A stretch of 64,000 nt of DNA from the human T2T-CHM13v2.0 reference genome, Homo sapiens, in NCBI RefSeq assembly GCF_009914755.1, contig NC_060925.1, one strand, 5' to 3'. A model generated the notes under the pieces. That model had not been told where the DNA came from. It searched no databases and was given only the letters and a program-made list of their open reading frames with translations. The position numbers and the translations under genes were made by a program. Positions 55,451 through 64,000 of the stretch are shown piece by piece; positions within the stretch are counted from its first letter, which is position 1, and every line of letters starts with the position of its first letter.

Positions 55451-55721
55451 TACCAAGAATAAAGAAGAGCAATTCAAAATGATAAATAGGTCAATTGAGC
55501 AGGAAGACATAACAATCCTAAATGCTTAGGCACCTAATAACAGAGATTCAACATGCATTAAGCAAAAAGTGATATATCTGCAAGGAAAAATAGACAAATC
55601 CACAATTATAGTTGGAGACTTCAATACCCTCTCTTGATAATTGATAGAACAAGGGGGAAGAGATTCAGCAAGGATATAGTAGACCTGAACAACACTAGCA
55701 GCTCGCCTGATCTGATGTATA

Positions 55722-57479
<1,758 letters not shown>

Positions 57480-57886
57480 CAGAATCCCACAACAGCAGAA
57501 TACACATTCTTCTCAAGTACACACAGAGTAATATAATATTTCTAGTAAGACCAACAACAAAAAAAAAAGAAGATATCAGTAAAATTGATAAACCTCTAGC
57601 CAAACTGATCAGGGAAAAAAATGGAGACACAAAATACTGATATAAGAAATGAGAAAGGTTGGGATTACTACAGATTCTACAGATATAAAAGCATAATAAC
57701 AAAATATTACAAATAACTTTATGCCAGTAAATTCAGCATCTTTGATGAAATGGATAAATTCCTTGAAAAATAATACCAAAGCTCACTCAAGAAGAAATAA
57801 TCTAAATAGTTGCATATCTATTAAAGAAGTTAAATTTGTAATTAAAAATCATCCCACAAAGAAAACTGCAAGTCAGATGGTTACAC

Positions 57887-60189
<2,303 letters not shown>

Positions 60190-60508
60190 CCACTAGTGAA
60201 TTTTACCAAACATTCAAGGAAGAAATAATACCAATTCTACATGAAGTATTCTAGAAAACTGAAGAAGAGGGAGCACCTCCTAACTCATTCTATGAGGTCA
60301 GCATTATTCTGATACCAAAACCTAACAAAGACATTACAAGAAAAGAAAAATACAGACCAATATTCCTCATGAAATAGATGCAAAAATTCTTAACCAAATT
60401 TTAGCAAATTTAATCCAACAATATATATTAAAAGAATAACATGTTGTGAATAAGTGGGGTTTAGTTCAGGAAAGTAAAATTATTTTAACATTCAAAAATC
60501 AATTTATA

Positions 60509-64000
<3,492 letters not shown>

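Overview
Human genomic DNA. I recognise it from the encoded proteins as the HSPB11(IFT25)/LRRC42 head-to-head locus (1p32.3 from recall). The minus strand carries the 5' part of HSPB11/IFT25: the first coding exon is 6893-7005 (MRKIDLCLSSEGSEVILATSSDEKHPPENIIDG) and the remaining exons lie left of the window. A CpG-island bidirectional promoter (~12.2-13.6 kb) is built partly from a ~100-bp tandem unit. LRRC42 is complete on the plus strand: 7 coding exons with GT-AG junctions join to 1287 nt = 428 aa + stop, and AATAAA is at 35054. Downstream are a Tigger1 remnant, a full-length processed HNRNPA3 pseudogene with a target-site duplication (TSD), and MaLR/ERVL LTRs. A ~14-kb nested transposon stack follows, in which an old L1 hosts an L1MB-like fragment, MER44, a full-length Hsmar2 mariner, a MER52 LTR, many Alus and a young L1PA. 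I find no evidence for a new multi-gene system. The most unusual observations are: (1) an AluSp plus ~300 bp of non-Alu sequence ending in AATAAA and an A-rich tail, all inside one perfect 16-bp TSD (candidate Alu-associated 3' transduction); (2) an old ~320-bp direct duplication within one LRRC42 intron, one copy of which holds a candidate poison exon; (3) the E2F/GC-box tandem array in the promoter. Repeat subfamily names come from recalled consensus sequences, and most repeat boundaries are approximate.
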